Assembly: GCF_000020025.1 (NCBI RefSeq)
Contig: NC_010628.1
Coordinates: 6,030,001-6,062,000, forward strand
Source of the DNA: Nostoc punctiforme PCC 73102
GTDB lineage: Bacteria; Cyanobacteriota; Cyanobacteriia; Cyanobacteriales; Nostocaceae
Reading direction: 5' to 3'
DNA length: 32,000 nucleotides
Numbering within the stretch: position 1 is the stretch's first letter; each line of letters begins with the position of its first letter. Under the pieces are notes generated by a model. That model ran no database searches. It had not been told where the DNA came from and saw only the letters and a program-made list of their open reading frames with translations. This document shows, piece by piece, positions 29,032 to 32,000 of this stretch. The translations under genes were made by a program, and so were the position numbers.

Positions 29032-29084
29032 CCCTTTATACTTTAGTCTTTTAGCCCTTTACGCTTGTTCTTTTTTCCTTTTTT

Positions 29085-29113
29085 GTCGCCTCATGGCGAC
29101 TCAAATTTTTTTA
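29085..29113 (+). terminator. Possible terminator after target gene 2
   Basis: GTCGCC-tcat-GGCGAC hairpin followed by tcaaattttttt. Confidence 0.4.
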
Positions 29114-29140
29114 TGAAAATATTAAAATTGATAAAATCAA

Positions 29141-29485
29141 ATGAAAGAATTATCGGTCATCCAAAAGACCTATGATTGTATTAAATGGTATGTGCCAATT
29201 ATTGAGCGATTGCCGAAAATACATAAGTTTTCTTTAGGAGATAGGATAATTAATCAACTATACGATTTATTGGAGGGTTTAATTAAAGCCAAATATGCGA
29301 AAAATAAACTTCCTCAACTAGAATCTCTCAATACAGAGCTAGATATTTTACGATATCAAACACGAATGCTGCTTGACTTCAATAAAATATCAGTTGAGCG
29401 ATACGAATATGCAATAAAATTATTAGATGAAATTGGTATTGAACTAGGTGGATGGATTAAAAAACAAAGAGAGAGGGAAAACTAA
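29141..29485 (+). CDS. avd: DGR accessory variability determinant (Avd; four-helix-bundle, 23S rRNA IVS protein family), 114 aa
   Basis: Size, position immediately upstream of the RT, and family pattern Y....WY.....LPK..KF.LGDRI......LLE.LI.A.Y...K...L......L..LR...R. Confidence 0.8.
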   Translation: MKELSVIQKTYDCIKWYVPIIERLPKIHKFSLGDRIINQLYDLLEGLIKAKYAKNKLPQLESLNTELDILRYQTRMLLDFNKISVERYEYAIKLLDEIGIELGGWIKKQREREN

Positions 29486-29505
29486 GTTTATTTAAATAAA
29501 ATATA

Positions 29506-30564
29506 ATGAAGCGTTACGGCAACCTTTACCCTCAAATTATTGATTTTGAAAATATACTTTTAGCATCTCGTCAGGCACAAAAAGGCAAGAGATTTCGGGA
29601 TAATGTTTTAGATTTTAATTATCATCTAGAAACTGAATTAATTAGATTGCAGGAACACTTAAAAGATAAAACTTATCAGCCAGGAGCTTACCGAACCTTT
29701 CACCTGATAAATCCCAAAAGCCGCCTCATTTCAGCCGCACCCTATCGGGATAGGGTTGTTCATCATGCACTATGCAATGTAATAGTACCAATTTTTGAGA
29801 GAACTTTCATTGCTGACTCCTACGCTAATCGAATTGGTTTTGGGACGCATCGAGCTTTAAAAAAATTTACTCATTTTGTTAGGAACAGCCGTTATATACT
29901 GCAATGTGATATTAGGAAATATTTCCCTACTATTGACCATATAACTTTAAAAGAATTAATACGCCGTAAAATCAAATGCCTCGATACATTGTGGTTAATT
30001 GACGCTATCATCGACAACAGCAACGAACAAGAAACGGTAATTGATTATTTTCCTGGTGATGATTTACTTACTCCTGTGACTCGTAGGAGAGGTTTACCTA
30101 TCGGAAATTTAACTAGCCAATTTTTTGCCAATATTTATTTAAATGGTTTTGACCATTTTATAAAAGAACAGCTAAATATATCCAAATATGTCCGTTATGT
30201 TGATGACTTTGCTTTATTTAGTAATGACCGAGAATTCTTAGCAGATGCCAGATTCGCTATAGAAGAATATTTAGCTCAATTGAGGCTGAAAATTCACCCA
30301 GTTAAAAGCCAGTTATTTGAAACGAAAATTGGTGCAACTTTTCTAGGGTTTAGAGTATTTTCAGACAGAATACGGGTAAGAAATAGCAATTTACATCAAG
30401 CAAGGCGCAGACTCAAGCGATTGAAAACAGACTATGCTCAAGGTAAAATTGAACTCAAGGAAGTAACTCAATCTATAAAAAGTTGGGTTGCTCACTTAGA
30501 ACATGGCGATACTTGGCAATTACGCAAACAGATATTTACTTCCCTCTGTTTTAGGAGAAAGTAG
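29506..30564 (+). CDS. DGR reverse transcriptase, 352 aa
   Basis: RT motifs: [62 protein letters not shown] (the DGR-typical IGxxxSQ), the catalytic YVDD at nt 30196-30207, and FLGFRVF. No maturase or endonuclease extension. The TR lies 22 nt downstream. Confidence 0.92.
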   Translation: MKRYGNLYPQIIDFENILLASRQAQKGKRFRDNVLDFNYHLETELIRLQEHLKDKTYQPGAYRTFHLINPKSRLISAAPYRDRVVHHALCNVIVPIFERTFIADSYANRIGFGTHRALKKFTHFVRNSRYILQCDIRKYFPTIDHITLKELIRRKIKCLDTLWLIDAIIDNSNEQETVIDYFPGDDLLTPVTRRRGLPIGNLTSQFFANIYLNGFDHFIKEQLNISKYVRYVDDFALFSNDREFLADARFAIEEYLAQLRLKIHPVKSQLFETKIGATFLGFRVFSDRIRVRNSNLHQARRRLKRLKTDYAQGKIELKEVTQSIKSWVAHLEHGDTWQLRKQIFTSLCFRRK

Positions 30565-30585
30565 AGAAGGGGTATGCGAACCCGA

Positions 30586-30712
30586 CTGCGGGGCGGTTCC
30601 TGGATCAACAATCCTAAAAACTGCCGTTCCGCGTCCCGCAACAACAACAATAGGGCGGAGCGCGACAACATCAACAACAATATTGGTTTTCGTGTTGTCT
30701 GCGCGTTCGGGA
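30586..30712 (+). repeat. DGR template repeat (TR)
   Basis: An AAC/AAT-rich invariant copy of the VRs: ctgcggggcggttcctgg atcaacaatcctaaaaac tgccgttccgcgtcccgc aacaacaacaatagg gcggagcgcgac aacatcaacaacaatatt ggttttcgtgttgtctgcgcgttcggga. It contains 32 adenines, 29 of them in three variable patches. Confidence 0.93.
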
Positions 30713-31051
30713 TGTCTCTTCACCGCGAGAGTCGGCAGGTGGGAATCTGTCGAGAGTGCAACCGAAGAGTCCAGCCTACACCTGTGATGTCGGTGACGAT
30801 ATCCGAAAATCAAACTGGGTGGGGTAGCTTGGTAAGCTTGCTGAACAGTTACCTCACCATCCAACTATTCATATAACTTTTCACACTACTCTTCATTTCC
30901 AAGAAAAGTCAACGAATTAGCTTAATAGAGATAAATTACCTTAGCCATATTACTTACAACAAAACATCCAACTGTTTTATTTATCAACCTTGATGGTAGC
31001 TAGTTCAACTAAACTAGATGTACTATCAGTCTAATAGTTAGACTGATATTT

Positions 31052-31378
31052 ATGGTTGATGATGATGTAGGCTACGATTACCAACGGGTGCTAAAGCTGC
31101 TAAAATTTATGCGCTCCATTCGCTGTAAAACCTTGCATCCCCGCGACTTTACTGAAAAATACCAACTAACTCAAGCTCAACTAGCCGAATTGTTAGGCGT
31201 ATCCATACAGCTTGTCAAAACTTGGTTTGCACGAGAAAACGCACGACAACCAGAACAGAGGTATTTAGATCGTCTTGCTGAAATTGATGCCCTTTTAGAA
31301 ATCAAAAAAGTTATTGATGAAAAAATTCCTCCTCACCTGCAAGCACTATTCAATCTAGACAATAGGTTTAATAATTAG
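31052..31378 (+). CDS. Helix-turn-helix (XRE-like) DNA-binding protein, 108 aa
   Basis: LTQAQLAELLGVSIQLVKTWFA matches the HTH_3-type helix-turn-helix pattern. Confidence 0.6.
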   Translation: MVDDDVGYDYQRVLKLLKFMRSIRCKTLHPRDFTEKYQLTQAQLAELLGVSIQLVKTWFARENARQPEQRYLDRLAEIDALLEIKKVIDEKIPPHLQALFNLDNRFNN

Positions 31379-31447
31379 ACTATAAATCTTGACTTTGCTA
31401 GTTGGCAAACTTTATCTTGGTTTAAAACCGTTTGCTACTGATAAATT

Positions 31448-31702
31448 ATGATGTCCACTAGCTTTTTACCCAATGCGGAAGACTTAAATGTAGTTATTCC
31501 TAGTCAAGCCAACTCTCAAACAGTACCTCTCAGAGAACCCCTTAAACATCTCCTGATAGGTTCTTCCAAAGCTGTAATTAGCACCATTCGCTACTTACAG
31601 GTTATTGGCTATGCAGATGTTGGAGATTGGAGCCAACTCCTACCCACAGGTAATACAGGAGAATTCATGAGTATTCTAAGCCGTAACATTGTAGTGCAAT
31701 AG
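31448..31702 (+). CDS. Small hypothetical protein, 84 aa
   Basis: ORF followed by a strong terminator. No family recognised. Confidence 0.45.
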   Translation: MMSTSFLPNAEDLNVVIPSQANSQTVPLREPLKHLLIGSSKAVISTIRYLQVIGYADVGDWSQLLPTGNTGEFMSILSRNIVVQ

Positions 31703-31728
31703 CTTCTGGCACTACATAAACACAGTAC

Positions 31729-31756
31729 ATGCCCCTAATCGATTAGGGGCATTTTT
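31729..31756 (+). terminator. Rho-independent terminator
   Basis: ATGCCCCTAATC/GATTAGGGGCAT perfect 12-bp stem followed by tttt. Confidence 0.75.
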
Positions 31757-32000
31757 ACGAAAATCAACTTAACTGTTCTTAACGGAATTAGCACTTTTTT
31801 CTCTTTAGCTTTGAACTCGCATAAGCTTATGGACGTTACAAAAAGCCCTAAATTGCACCATCTCCTGCAATTGAGAGAGTGATTATTAACTTCAATAAAC
31901 GTAAATGCAAACAAAAGTTGAAAGCCAGAAAAACTCTTCGGATATGGATAAGTTCACAAACACCACATCTAATTTTGATTCGCAACATTATCCGTTCGTT

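Larger units (their letters stand above)
27899..30723 (+). mobile_element. Diversity-generating retroelement cassette (VR1 target, VR2 target, avd, RT, TR)
   Basis: All canonical DGR parts are present in one orientation, and the TR/VR differences are adenine-specific. Confidence 0.92.

Noticed and set aside
27804-29116. Alternative-frame ORFs 27804-28094 and 28751-29116, which share the peptide GAVPGS.IL...AVPRPA....GRSAT.SS.LVFVLSARSGGFFSSPLY.
   Set aside because: They are out-of-frame readings of VR1, VR2 and their conserved 3' flanks. Their mutual similarity, and their similarity to 30503-30787, is a by-product of the TR/VR repeats. The real frame is the FGE-sulfatase frame.
29506-30564. 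The reverse transcriptase, considered as a group II intron, retron or Abi-type RT.
   Set aside because: There is no maturase or endonuclease domain, no flanking intron RNA domains and no msr/msd-like inverted repeats. Instead there is an adjacent Avd gene, the DGR-type IGxxxSQ motif, and a TR with adenine-specific VR differences.
30503-30876. Three overlapping ORFs across the template repeat: 30503-30787 (+), 30574-30876 (+) and 30520-30864 (-). One reads MRTRLRGGSWINNPKNCRSASRNNNNRAERDNINNNIGFRVVCAFG.
   Set aside because: They exist only because the TR copies the 3' end of the target genes. The in-frame one is an Asn-rich mimic of the VR with no N-terminal lectin-fold domain and no ribosome-binding context. 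The TR functions as RNA, not as a gene.

Overview
This is a chromosomal window from a filamentous Nostoc-type cyanobacterium. I found at least 22 copies of the HIP1 palindrome GCGATCGC by eye. The 102-aa N-intein at the end of dnaE-n is, from memory, identical to the Nostoc punctiforme (Npu) DnaE split intein.

The left two thirds is mostly ordinary. It holds a giant secreted FG-GAP/cadherin-like/RTX protein, a DAACS-family symporter, split dnaE-n with its N-intein, ackA, a GNAT acetyltransferase, a class-IV aminotransferase, ftsH and an LtrA-like membrane protein. It also holds an unexplained AT-rich three-gene cassette on the minus strand (11139-13531) and a frameshifted HicB-like remnant.

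The right third (about 20.4-31.8 kb) is the interesting part. It begins just after an orphan 3' half of tRNA-Gly(CCC), which looks like an att-type island scar. All genes in it are on the plus strand, in this order:
- a trypco2-like small protein
- a CHAT (caspase-like) protease
- an adaptor protein whose N-terminus repeats the CHAT C-terminal helical module
- a MoxR-type AAA+ ATPase
- a CoxE-like vWA protein
- a 648-aa protein ending in an FGE-sulfatase (C-type-lectin fold) domain
- a stand-alone paralog of that domain
- a complete diversity-generating retroelement (Avd, reverse transcriptase, template repeat)

The template repeat (30586-30712) matches the 3' ends of both FGE-sulfatase genes (VR1 27899-28025, VR2 28891-29017). 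The only differences are at template adenines: 15 and 17 substitutions, none at any other base. The locus therefore looks like a hypervariable ligand sensor coupled to an NTPase/vWA switch and a protease effector. As far as I know this class has only been predicted computationally and has not been characterised experimentally. No rRNA gene, intact tRNA gene or CRISPR array was found.
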